A stretch of 64,000 nucleotides of DNA from Chrysomallon squamiferum (lineage: Eukaryota; Animalia; Mollusca), in the NCBI GenBank assembly GCA_012295275.1, contig CM022677.1, positions 7,750,001-7,814,000 on the forward strand, in the 5' to 3' direction. Under the pieces are notes generated by a model. The model searched no databases. It saw nothing but the letters and a program-made list of their open reading frames with translations, and was not told the origin of the DNA. The position numbers and the translations under genes are program-made. This document shows positions 1-15,004 of this stretch, in pieces (positions within the stretch are counted from its first letter, which is position 1; the number at the start of each line of letters is the position of its first letter).

Positions 1-27
1 AAATATCTAGAAATACAGATTAATGTG

Positions 28-276
28 CAGTGGCGTGCAAAGGTCTGGTGATGCCCGGGGCCAACGCCTTGATTGTATGCCCCAAGGATTCGAGAAATAT
101 TTTGAGAAAGGAAGATATTTTGAATATGTAAAAACAGAATAAAATAAAATAAACGCTTTATTGATTTAAATACAAATCAACCAATTTTATTAACCTCTTT
201 TCTCTGATTGGATGCCCTCCCCATTTAGATGTACGAGAACACAGTCCCTCGATCCCCCCCCCGCTGCACGCCACTG
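28..276. mobile_element. Non-autonomous hAT-type MITE (249 bp)
   Basis: Perfect 12-bp TIRs CAGTGGCGTGCA (28-39) and TGCACGCCACTG (265-276). Perfect 8-bp TSD TTAATGTG at 20-27 and 277-284. CAG ends plus an 8-bp TSD are hAT hallmarks. Confidence 0.9.
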
Positions 277-564
277 TTAATGTGCCTTTAATTACACTGG
301 TACAGACTCCATAGGAAAAGGTTACGAAAAAAAGTCAGATAAAAAGGAAATATTTAATTGTAAACAACATTAACGTGAAATTTAATTTAATTCTAAACAA
401 CACTAACGTGATATTTTAATAAGATGAATAATTTTCTGCAAATAACTTAAGCCATTAATATCAGCGTTCCACCGCCGTGTAAAATACATTGAAAAATCTT
501 TAGTGTTTCTACTGTAGTGTCCTTTTTTAAATTAACAGTGTTACAGTTATGTAACGCCTAGAAG

Positions 565-1020
565 ATACAAATATATTAACGTGATATTTGATTGTAGTTC
601 TCTACAAATTACGTTACATTTACTGCTGGTAACTGTTTTTAATGTAATAACGAATATTCTGTTAGGAATACTGTTACCGTGATGATTTTTACACGGCGTA
701 ATGAAAAAAGAGTTTTGTAGTTTACATGATATTTTAGATATTTAGATATTTAGGATTTCTTCGATAATATCCCTTTTTACAGTTACGCAGATCTAATACA
801 ATAATTCTGAATTACAATAAAATGAGAAGCAATACTATTAACCGAATATTTAAAAAAAAAAAAAACTACAACAGATGTTTCTAGACTAACGTCCTTTGTT
901 TTATTAACATAACTAGCTTACAGAGGTGGCTCCTAGAATAAAAGTGAAAAGTGCTGGACCAAGTTCATATAAAAAATAAAATATATTGATAATTATAGTT
1001 TATGGCGATAACGTTTAATT
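565..1020. repeat. Diverged inverted-repeat arm, partner at ~6665-7080
   Basis: For example CAGTTACGCAGATCTAATAC (~780) vs GTATTAGATCTGCGTAACTG (~6862), and GAGTTTTGTAGTTTACATGAT vs ATCATGTAAACTACAAAACTC. Confidence 0.8.
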
Positions 1021-2049
1021 TATTCAGACACTGATATTATAATTACTCCTCATACTTTCTCAGCGGGCGTAATCACCTATTAAAATATATTACTTACGGT
1101 ATACTTCTACTTATTCTTTTCGTTTTTATTAACTATCATTTATACTTTCAACAAATAATGGAAACTGGCTCTTTATAAACTTATGAATTTAACATATGGT
1201 AATATTGAAATATTTCGCTCTAAATCATTTTACAGAATTAGACGAATTCATCGAGAAGTAGTAAATCAAATTTCTTTCGACATTGCATATGCATTATTGG
1301 TCTACATACTTTTTTTTACTTCTTTTTGGAGAAATACAGAGAAGGTTTTCAAATAAAGGTTACTGTGAGTAACAATATTTTACAGCTTAATCATTTAACT
1401 TATAGGTATAATATCATTTAACTTGGATGAGTGTAGTTTTTTTAAGTAATCAAACATCTGAGACTACTCGACAGCGAAGTTTTCTGTTGAAAAAATGGCG
1501 ACGTAATTCACATTTATACATAAAACCAGCGACGTTTATATTATAAATTGATACTGAGTGAACATAACGTGATGTTTTATTATGTTTAACTTCATTTTGC
1601 ATCACACAAAATACTGATAATTTCACGTACATTTTATTCTACTAGGAGAAATGTTATATAGTTAATTTTTAAGTTACATCACAGAAAACATGCCTGGCCT
1701 CCTGAATTAGTGTTTTATGAGATATGAGGATATTTTTAGTTAGCTAGTCGAAATTGATTCATCTTATTAAAACTTAGCAATCTCTTTACTGTGAAGTAAA
1801 TCTGAATGTTTCTTAATGATTATTTCAGGCATAGATTATTTATACTTTATCATTCTATTTTTGGTTGAACCTCGGTTTATTCATATAATGAAAATCACCT
1901 TTATCTTTCTCCATCTCACTGACTCCAGCTTAGAAAAAGTATATTTGTAAAATATACCCAACGCTTTGCCAGGAATTTAAATATACTACTGTCAGGAAGA
2001 GAAAAAACAACAACACGAAAACACCCCACGAAAAAACAGTATTCGATGC

Positions 2050-4680
<2,631 letters not shown>

Positions 4681-6664
4681 AACAGCTAAGTAGGAGTAAT
4701 TTTACACGGCGTTATGAAAATAACATGCAACTTCAGTACCGCCATCACTATTTATTTTACATGTTTTATATTGTAAACAGAGGCGTAGCGGTAATATTAT
4801 GTATTGAACAATAGAGGTATTGTTTTTTAATTAACAATATTAGATAATTTTATTTTGCATAATAAATAAATAAATAAATAATAAGCTTAAGTTTTAATTT
4901 CAGCATGTTATTGATATTTGCAAGTGCATCTTTCTTAAATACTAGAAAAGTCTAGAATACAGAGAAACATTAATAGACGTTTTTATTATTAAAAGTAAAG
5001 TGAAAAGGCGAGGATGCGCGAGATGAATCTTGTTTATTATAACACAAGTTCTGTAAATACACTGCGCTATTATAGATTAATTCTTAATTAACTGTAGAAA
5101 GTGATATTCTATTATCTCCCCTAAAAATTAATTACATTATTAGACAATTAATATTCAACTAGGAATATATAAATGTAAAACATTATGGTTCTTTCGCTGA
5201 ATTTAAATGTATTAGTACGAACAGGTCTGGTTGAAGCAAATAAACTGTAAATATTGTGGTTCAGTTTCATTATACGTGGCAAACAGCTTTCACCATAATA
5301 AAATATAAAGTTATTTTTTGGTCAAAACTTATCAATAAAAAAATTATTAAAATTATTCTGATAAAAGGATGGTGAAAACTGAGTTACTCTTTACTTGAAC
5401 AGGAACATCTTTTTGTTTTTTACTGCAAAACAAAGGACATTTCAATTGCAGTTTACAGGGACAAGCTTAGTATTCTATGAGATAAAACACAAAATAATTA
5501 ACTTAGTTAACAAAATAAATAAATAAATTAATTAATATTAATATTAATCTCGAACATCCTTCAGTATTTTCAGAATACAGTGAACCTCTCCCAATGTTTT
5601 TTGCGGTGTTTATACATTGTTTTTACTGAAGTTTTAGTTACAGGTGCATCTGTACTTATCACTATAATCTGAGCGCTAGATAGGTAGGTGGATAGATAGA
5701 CAGACAGATAGATAGAGAGTGAGACAGACAGACGTATAGAGAGATAAATCCATAGACATACAGACAGACAGATAGAAAAACCCAAAACTGAACTGAATAA
5801 TTAAAATGACCAATAAAAGAAAAGATGTGAAAAGCGAGGTTAATGTGGTATTATATAATAATACATGTACAAACATTTTCTTACAAGTTCATTTACCTAT
5901 GAAATGTAAAATATCTATCTCTATATGCATCCCTAGCTATCTGCGTGTGTGTGTGTGAGTATGTGTGTGAGTGTGTGTGTGTTTACCTTTGTATCTATTT
6001 ATCTGTTGATAATTGTTTCTTTCTTTATAATGACGACAGTAATACTATCTGACATAACGACATTAACGATAAAAACAACAACAATAATTGCAATAATACT
6101 ACTTAAAATGATAAATAAAATAATAATTAAGAAAGAATACTGAATCTCTTGTATAATCACAAATACAAAAACGACTTCGATATTAATATTAATGAATAAA
6201 TGATGTTATTAATGAAAACTGAAGTATGCACTGCGCTCATGTTAATAGAGGCTAACAGATTCAACTATAAACTATTCTGATAACTTGAGAATAAATGATA
6301 AAAACGTTTTGTTTTTCTTTTTTATTTTAACATTTGTGTTCGTACTTTCAACTTGAGATATCCAGTTTATTTTATAACACAAACACTTTTTATACGAATA
6401 ACTTAGGACTGTGCAAAAATAACATATTTTTATTTAAGAATACTGCTATTTACACTATAATTTTTTATAAGACGCAATTTAATTCAAAATGTATGTAGTT
6501 TACGTGGGAAATTAATGTTATATTTTATTATCTACATCACAGAATATATTCATAATTAGCGATACTAACTTTTTATATTTTAGGAGAAACCCAGAATCTT
6601 CATTTAATTATGGAATGTCCTTCCTGATTTCATTTCTTTTTCTATACTATTCTTAATAAAATAA

Positions 6665-7080
6665 AAGTTATCAGCATAAACTCTAATTATCAATATTAAT
6701 TTCTGATTTATATCAACCTAATCCAGCATCTTTTCACTTTTATCCTCGCCTGTAATCTGGTTATGTTAATAAGACAAGGGACGTTAGTCTGGAAACAGCT
6801 GAATTTTTTAAAATATTCGGTTAATATTACTGCTTCACCTTTTATTGTAATTTACAGCGTAGTATTAGATCTGCGTAACTGTATTATCGAAGAAATCCTG
6901 GATATCTAAATATCTAAAACATCATGTAAACTACAAAACTCTTTTTCCATTATGCCGTGTAAAAATCATCACTATAATAGTATTCTTAACAAAATGTTCG
7001 TTTATTACATATCAGTCACACTGTATTCATAAAAACATAATTTGTAGAGAACTCAATAAATTCCACGTTAATATATTTGT
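6665..7080. repeat. Diverged inverted-repeat arm, partner at ~565-1020
   Basis: Reverse-complement similarity to 565-1020, with small indels. Confidence 0.8.
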
Positions 7081-7107
7081 CATTGTATTTGTCATTGTAT
7101 GGCCCTG

Positions 7108-7298
7108 GACGTAGAAAAATTTGTATAAATGGTGCTAAAATGAATTGTACGTCGCGGGATTTTTGTTAATATATCTGTCACTGTATCTTTGACACGTAGA
7201 AAAATTTGTATAAATGGTGCTAAAATGAATTCTACGTCGCGGGATTTCTTGTTAATATATCTGGCACTCTATCTTTGGGACGTAGAAAAAATTGTGTA
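7108..7298 (+). repeat. ~86-bp tandem repeat, ~2.2 copies
   Basis: The unit ACGTAGAAAAATTTGTATAAATGGTGCTAAAATGAATT.TACGTCGCGGGATT repeats. The third copy is cut off by the adjacent MULE. Confidence 0.85.
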
Positions 7299-7306
7299 CT
7301 AATTAG

Positions 7307-8461
7307 GATCTATCTACGTCTCGGTACTCATTAAATTCCCTTTTACCTGGTTGACATCGTGTGCAGTCAAAAGGTAACAACGAACTACGTCTGTACCACA
7401 GTGCATTTGTAAGCAGTAACAGTTCGCAGTTGAAATGCCAAAGTTCTCGTTGTGGTCGGATGACTCTTCTGGGCGATTTGATTGAGTTTATGTCGCCATC
7501 CTTCCAAGTGGTTATTTGTTCGGAGACTGTCATTGCCAAAGTGTTTCTACATTTCTGGAGTTCATATCCCTTTCATCCAGGTATCAGTGACGTAGTCTAT
7601 CAGCACTGTTACCTTTTCATGCTGGTGACTGTCGGCAACTGTGTTAAAACATCCTCAACTTTGTTCAGCGGGATCATCGGAAGGGTTGAAGCACGACTTG
7701 CACACCTTTTGTACATCACTGTTTTCAATATTTTCTGAAGCCAATCCTAGTTTTGCGAACGACGCCAACTACTCTGAGTGTACTGGGAACTAAAAACGAC
7801 TGAGTCGTGTGGTGAGGAATACAGCGCGTGCAGCGTTGTGAGCAGATCTCTCAGTGTACATCTGACGTCCTAGGAGCGGAATGAAATCCTACTCATGGCA
7901 GTTTTCTTGGATGTACTGGAATGTCACGGCCGCGTGGTTGTTGCTGCATCTGTTCTGCCGTCTGCAACATGTTGTCCACAGACGCGACGTAGGTTCTGCA
8001 CTGCGCGTTAACAACACATTTCCAGTCTGTTCTCTACCCATTCTTTTTATTTACGCGAAATGTATGCTCGTTATAATACAGATCCCTGCTGCCTCGTATT
8101 GTGTCAATATAAATCACTCGAACCTGTTCAGCTGCCAAGAGTTTCCCATTTCGATGCAAAACTTTATACAGGAAAAAACTTCAATGCGCAACAGCCTGCT
8201 CACTGAAACACATATAAAAATAAAAGATAACAAAACACACACATAAACACACATACACTCACACACATCCACACACACACACATACGCACGCACACACAC
8301 ACAGAGAAGCGTATTTTCAACTGCTATCCCGAACAGTAATTTCGTTGGTAAAGAAAACACAACTCGCTCTACCGTAACAAATGGAAATGGAATAATTTAA
8401 CATGCTAATCAGCATGATAGTTCGTTGTTACCTTTTGACTGCACACAATGTCAACCAGATC
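7307..8461 (-). mobile_element. Mutator-like (MULE) internal-deletion derivative with TIRs
   Basis: TIR core CTGGTTGACATCGTGTGCAGTCAAAAGGTAACAACGAACTA (7347-7387) pairs with 8418-8458. CTAATTAG flanks both sides (7299-7306, 8462-8469). The minus strand encodes a decayed FLYWCH (RDLYYNEHTFRVNKKNG*RTDWKCVVNAQC) and a MULE C-terminus (IDYVTDTWM...RTNNHLEGWRHKLNQIAQKSHP) with stops and frameshifts. Confidence 0.85.
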
Positions 8462-8938
8462 CTAATTAGTTAAATTTAACAAAAAAATATCCGGGCTTTT
8501 ATAAGAAAGAAAAGTGACTCGCTTTATCTGACAACGTGTTGAACCTTGCGGCTAGACGTCTGTCGCCAGATCATTCTGCAAAACAAGAACCCTCTAGTGA
8601 TAATTAATTCCGCAGTTCCCAGGCTTAAGATACAAAAGACACAGCAAGGGACATTTACAAGTGGAAGATTCTTCTATCACACTGAAACACAAATGTGTTC
8701 AGTTTTTTGAAGAGATGTTTATTGCATTCGTGATAGTTCATTCAAATTTATCTTAAAACTGCATTAATAATGAATAACGAGGCAACAACAGAAATAGAAA
8801 AAATAATATTTATTTAAAAAAAAGTGTATATTCAAAATTTGGTAGTAAAACTCAGCTGCCTGAAATAAATATAATCTTTCAATTAACAAGAAAAATTACT
8901 AAAATAGATAGTCATATAATTTTATGGTAGTTTGAAAG

Positions 8939-8983
<45 letters not shown>

Positions 8984-9435
8984 ATGAACAAGTGAAACAG
9001 AAAAATATAAGTGATATGTTGAAAATCTAAAATGTGCTTAGACCATATTTTTACAATAATAATATCAGCTCAAAATATTTATTGTTAGCAAAGATAATAA
9101 GACAAAAAAAAAATACAGTATCTCCTTAGAAAATAATATTTAAGTTATTCTGTTTTTAAATTAATAATTCAATAAATAAATAAATAAATACATCTACATT
9201 GTTTAACCAGTCAGATGGTTAAACTAATGATTCGGGGCACCTGACGTCGTGTTCAAAATATTAAAATTTGAATCTTTGTTTGAATTAGGTCAATAAAATT
9301 GATTATTTGCAATAAAAAGGAAAGAAGAGAAAAGAAATCGCTCATAACTGATCCTGCTGAGGCAAACTTTTTTGTGGAACATTTGAATCGGTTTCATTTT
9401 TTAATTCTTTTTTTTGTTTGTGGTTGTCAGTTTTG

Positions 9436-9585
9436 TGACGTCAATTAAGCGCTGTGAAGACGGTGTTACTGGCGTTCCTAGACAAAGTAGCTGGAAGTTT
9501 CGTAAACAAACTGAAGGGAACTCGCGTTCTTAAAACCTTTTAAAATCACTTCATCTGCTGAAACTGATAATTTAATAAGGTAAGA
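9436..9585 (+). promoter_or_regulatory. Candidate promoter/non-coding first exon (CRE plus splice donor)
   Basis: Palindromic CRE TGACGTCA at 9436-9443 in a CpG-retaining patch, and a strong donor AAG|GTAAGA at 9579/9580. Motif-level evidence only. Confidence 0.3.
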
Positions 9586-9935
9586 GTTTCTTCACCATGT
9601 ATGTGATACAGGATCCTTGTTTCCCTCTTCCTGGAGTATTGCTATTTTCATAAAATTTTGAGAATCGATCGCAAAAAGAGCGTCCGAATATTTTGAGCTA
9701 CAGTATATATCAGTAGATTGTCTAATGTGATCCATCTGCTACAATAGATGTTGATCATATAATTTGTTTATAATGATGTGTGTATTAAACACTAAACTTT
9801 TGGTTTTGTTAATAAACTATATTTATATATAAATATTTTAAATTATATTGAAAATAATATTATAAAAGTGTTTGGTTTTGTGCCCATACTAGGTCATTTT
9901 TTTTTTTTTTTACTAATCTTTGTTTTCCTTACGTC

Positions 9936-10048
<113 letters not shown>

Positions 10049-10318
10049 CATTTACCTAATGTTAAAAATAAAAATATAAATACATCAGAATCATTGATTA
10101 TGCAAGTTCAACTGTATACAAACCTCTGAATTAGTAATTATTCTGTTTCATACTGTTCATTCTGTTTAGTGCCTTTAATCAAACATTATTTCATTTACCT
10201 AGTATTTCCTACAGGACTTTATTTAATTTAATTCTTAACCGTGGAGTCACTATTTCCATGACAGACATTGGTTTTATTTTTTTGTCTATTAAACCTGTAA
10301 GCTTTAAGAGTATATTTT

Positions 10319-10360
<42 letters not shown>

Positions 10361-10464
10361 ATATAGACAACATTCCACTATTCTGAATAATACATCAATA
10401 TAATCTATGATATAAACCGCAGGACTATCTGCAAGAACAAATAAAAAATAATCTTTCTGTTTTA

Positions 10465-10506
<42 letters not shown>

Positions 10507-11824
10507 GTTGCCTCTATTTATTTATTTATTTATTTTTTTTTTAATTATTATTATTTTTTTTTTTTTTTTTTCGCCAATATTTGTAATCAGAGTATTTTTT
10601 TTTAAAAATTTCTTAAAGATATTATGTTGTTTTTTATGTTCACTAGCGTTGTCTATATATTTTGCTTGAGAAATATTTATTAGTTTAGCAGGGTATAGTA
10701 ATTGTATACTTTTTACTATTTATCACGTGAAACTGGGTACAGAGGACACTTGTCTAAACCAGACGTATGTATATGTAAAAACAAAACAAATATATAATAT
10801 ATCGAGTTACCGAAAATAGCACAATGTACCAAAACCAAGTTTTATTTAGTGCTGGAAAAAGTTAGTTTTTTTTTTTTTATAAATATTTTGCATAATTCTC
10901 TATCAAGATTATATATATTTACATATGTAACAGTGATTTAGAAAAATCATTATAATCCTCCATAATGCATAATAATTGTTGTATATAATTGTTTAATAAT
11001 ACAAAATTATAATTATTTGAAAGAGATTATAATTTTAGTTTAGAATATAGTTAATTTTTCTGTATGGCTATAAAATGTATATTTTATAAAGAATTATTTT
11101 TAATATACTTTTTCTTTCAGTTGTTGGTGTGTGAGTTCATGTGTGTGTGTGTGTGTGATTGTGTTTGTTTGCAGGAGTTTATGTGAGGTGATACAGTTAT
11201 GGATATTATAAACAGAAACTTGTTTAAATACTAAAAAAAGAAATGAAACTTTTGTACACAAAATATTTTTATCTTATAGTTTATAATGGATTCAAACTTT
11301 TATTTTATTTTTGTTTATTATGATAATTAACAATATAATTTTGTTTTCTTAAAATAGCCTCATTTTTGATATTTTTTATTTTATTAAGAAATAAAATCAG
11401 TACCATATATGGTCTTTTTTTATGAAATTGTACCAACCCCAAAACAATAAAATAATAAAAACAGAATTTTAAATACCATTACGGAAAAGAGAGCCTGTTT
11501 GTAATTTGAATTGCAAACCATCCAAAATAATTTTGTATTTCCTTTCTTACGATTAGTTTATGCTATAATTTATAGAAACTTGTTTATTCTTTCAGTTAGG
11601 TTTTGATTCACTTTGTAATTAATTAACAGTGAATTCAGACTTGTCAAATGTTAAATTGTTATAAAGAAAAAGCAAAATCAGTAGTAGATATTGGCAAATT
11701 GTGGAATTAAGGAGAAGAAAAAAATGCACTTTTGATAGCTTGTTTACCTTCTTAAGTAAATATTGTTAAAATTGATAAAAATTAAGCACTTGGTACAAAT
11801 GGGGCATAATTTGAGAGAAAATGA

Positions 11825-11873
<49 letters not shown>

Positions 11874-12352
11874 TGAATGTACATGTATGAGTTAGTCTGT
11901 GTTTGCATATTGTGTGTATGTATCATGTGCGAAGATAAGTTATTGCTGGTGTGTATATGTCTGTCTATGTGAATGAGTACGTGACAAGTTTAAAACATGA
12001 CTGTGTATATGTTTTTAAGTTTGCATATTACAGTAATAGCATATATGGGATTGTGTATTTTATGACTATATGTATGAAAGTGGTGTATGTGTATGTTTTT
12101 GTTCATGCGCCTGTGTATGTATATAATCTGTCGGTGAAACTGTTTATGTGTGTAGCCTATCCAGTATATATGTGAGTGTGCGTGTGTGCGTGTGTGTGTG
12201 TGTGTGTTTGTTGTGTCTGTAATATTATGTATGTATGTATATATGATTATGCTAAAGGATTTAATTATAAAATTTAGTTTATAAAACTAAATATAACCAA
12301 GGTTAACAGCTGACATTAAATTACGATTTTTCAGAGAAGTTCTTTGAACGAC

Positions 12353-12406
12353 TGAGTCATAACGCTGACTGGAGACCGATTAGTAGTGACGTCACACGTA
12401 TATAAA
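12353..12406 (+). promoter_or_regulatory. AP-1 + CRE + TATA promoter of the 12488 gene
   Basis: TGAGTCA at 12353-12359, TGACGTCA at 12387-12394 and TATATAAA at 12399-12406, about 80 nt upstream of the ATG. Confidence 0.65.
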
Positions 12407-12487
12407 CCAGCTGAGCTACAGCAGTCGGGCCCTGTTGTGTCTTCTTATCTAAGAATCATACGTAACTAGTTTTGAAACTTTGGAAAA

Positions 12488-14353
12488 ATGTATGTTGTGA
12501 AGACCCTTCTACTTTTAGCGTTCTGCAGATTATGTCTGGGCAACATTCACCCATTACCAGCCTTCGAGGTTCGAGATAAACACCGAATACATTTTCGATC
12601 AAACGCTTTGTCAAAGAAGGTAGTGTTTTTAACAGGCTACGAAATCATTAATTTTTACTTCTGTCTGAAGAAAACAAGCACGGTAAAAATATCCAGTTTA
12701 CGATACTCCAATGGCAACGATGCTGAAAACATCACAGCAGTTTTAAACCAGAAGAAAATGGGATCCATTGTCACCATATCACCAGAAACAGCTGGAGATA
12801 ACTGGAATGTTTTTCATTCCAGTACCGAGATGAAAGGATCAGTAATTCTGGAAAGAGGTTGGTATATTTTAAAGCTCCAGGTTCAAGGATCTGATGGAGT
12901 GGAACTGAACACAGTCAGTCTAGATATTGATGACAGCAGTCTCGCGCAGGACATGCTGCAGTGTAAACTTCACTGTACGAGTGATCTGCCCCATCTGAAC
13001 TCTTCGTCTCGAATTAATGTCGACAAAAAAGCTAAACTTAGACAGAAAAGTTACCCATCTAAATGTGCGGAAGAGGACAACGTCAAAATACCAGTATACC
13101 TCGACAGCGTGAAACAGTACAAACTAATAGCTACTCTACCAGTGTATAAAGCTTTTGTAAACAGAAGATAACCAAATAATACTGACTGTGTTGCTTTGTC
13201 TCCTCTCTACTGGAGTTTTACCCACCTCTGTTTGAATAAAACAAATAACCATTTATTTTCAAATTCGGCGACTATGAAAGTGTATCCAGGACCTAGTACA
13301 TCGAAAATAGCCGTAATTGAAATTTCATTCATGTTAAAGGGAAGATCAGAAGGTTACATAGATGCTGATATTGGGTCAGTCTTCAGTCTAAAAATCAAAC
13401 CAGTGACCTCATTTGTAAAAATACAGGTTTCATACAGAGACAGAAACAAAAATTTAATTGCGCTCAAAGAAACTGGTTTACAACCCTGGAAAACTGACGT
13501 CGATTGGCAAATCCCAAACCTTTCTTGGATCGAACACAACGTAAATCTGATCAAAATTTCATTATCCGCACAGGATGTATTTTCCATTTGTATGGAAGAA
13601 ATAAAATTGGAAAGAAAACCTATGAAACCTGAAAAATATTTTCCTATATACACCAGTAACGAATTCACTGTTTCAGGTGTTGATATAGACTTTTGGTGGA
13701 GACATCCGGAAACCATGAAAGTATATGTAAAAAATACTGACAAGCTTTATAGAAAAGTAGACTATTTTAAAATAATTCTTCCAGTTCCTTGGTCAGAGGG
13801 TCACAGTGAGACACTTGTTATCTATCAAGATGGAAACGTACGCCTGCTGCCCCTCCCTCCTGCAGGATTAGACTGGATTCCGTTTGGAACATCAGTTGTG
13901 GTTGGAACATGTGATGTTGACCTGATCAGACCTGCTGCTCCCATTGATCAAGTGGATATCGACGTCGATAAACGAGAGCTGAAGATTCTTTACAGAAATG
14001 GAGAAAAAGCAAAGCTGACGTTGATTTCGAAAGTGGACAGAACGGAACTCGTTGTTTCTGATCTCATATTTAAACAGTCCAGTAAGGGATTTCCATTTGC
14101 CACATTCCGATCAATGTACGTCGACGAGGGCAACACAGACAGCGACAGCATCATGGTGGACAGCTCCAGCGTGTTCGGTGTCATGGAGAACCTGAATGGT
14201 GTACATGGAAAAACGTTTACACTTTTCAGAAGATGCGAATCCAAACATCTGACTCTCAGTCCGGATATCCATCTGGAGTTATTGCGCACGCGCTACTCAG
14301 TATTGTTGTCAGGTAATCAGTCAGTGTTAAATAACATGACAGTTCACATGTAA
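12488..14353 (+). CDS. Intronless secreted protein (signal peptide + CBM6/CBM35-like domain + uncharacterised domain) with one in-frame TAA at 13169-13171
   Basis: ORFs 12488-13171 and 13196-14353 are in the same frame (offset 708 nt) and read NRR*PNNTDCVALSPLYW across the join. Signal peptide MYVVKTLLLLAFCRLCLG. CBM-like RSNA...LRYSNG...DNWNVF...LERGWYILKL...GVELNTVSL. Motifs CAEEDNV, IYQDGNVRLLPLPP.GLDWIPFG.S, FATFRSMYVDEGN and SKHLTLSPD. AATAAA at 14439-14444. Confidence 0.8.
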
Positions 14354-14879
14354 AACCTGTTAGCGCTTATGTTTATAATTATATTAAGTTTCAGATTTCC
14401 AGTTCACAGTCTTATGTGTGAAACAATTTCTTTTCTGAAATAAAACAAGTTTATTTTTGCATTCAGCTGTCTTAGATTAAGCTTACATTTGGCATTAATT
14501 TGTACTAGATATAAGATTTTAGAAAAAGAGATTGCGTTGGGCATCAGCTAAAGTGAACGTAACAAAACATAGAAATGATAATAATAATGTTTCCATACTG
14601 AGTAATGATTTACTTTCACAGTGGTAACAAGTCTCCTAGCACATTCATGATTTGTTCACCGTTGGCAACAAGCTTCAAACATGGATGTTTTGGGATATTT
14701 ATTAAAGATATCTAAACAAATGAAAACAATTATTAAAATTGGAAAGTTTCCCCAAAACAAAGATTCTTGTCTTTATAACACTGTTAAATAACACTAATTA
14801 CCTTAGTCAAGTCATTGATCATTATCAGAATTGCTAAAGCAAGTTCATTTACACTCATAAACAGCTTTTTTTATGGTAT

Positions 14880-14926
14880 CAGGTCAATTGCCCCCTGGAC
14901 ACTGCCCCTAAGGACAATTGCCCCCA
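14880..14926 (+). repeat. Short GGACAATTGCCCC-like triplicated motif, possible DNA-transposon subterminal repeat
   Basis: GGTCAATTGCCCCCT, GGACACTGCCCCT and GGACAATTGCCCCC lie just before the gap. No partner end is visible. Confidence 0.4.
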
Positions 14927-15004
14927 TTTTTCTTCAAATATACCTTTCATAGTTATTTTTAAGCAACATTCCAATAAATTAGTCAAAGCTACCTAGAGTC
15001 AGCT

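Noticed and set aside
13169-13171. Selenocysteine or pyrrolysine recoding
   Set aside because: The codon is TAA, not TGA or TAG.
13157-13215. Small intron (GTAAAC...GGAG) that would remove the TAA
   Set aside because: It is 59 nt, so it would shift the frame. It has an atypical GAG acceptor and would delete residues that read as continuous protein.
13354-14289. Antisense ORFs within the secreted-protein gene (also 50816-51082, 61573-62614)
   Set aside because: They are shadow frames with no recognisable motifs.
13196-14353. Independent 385-aa gene or bacterial-style operon
   Set aside because: It starts at TTG in the same frame as the upstream ORF, has no signal peptide, and sits in a eukaryotic promoter and polyA context.
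12488-14353. Bacterial contamination contig
   Set aside because: It is contiguous with microsatellite-rich eukaryotic DNA, has TATA and polyA signals, and has no neighbouring prokaryotic genes.
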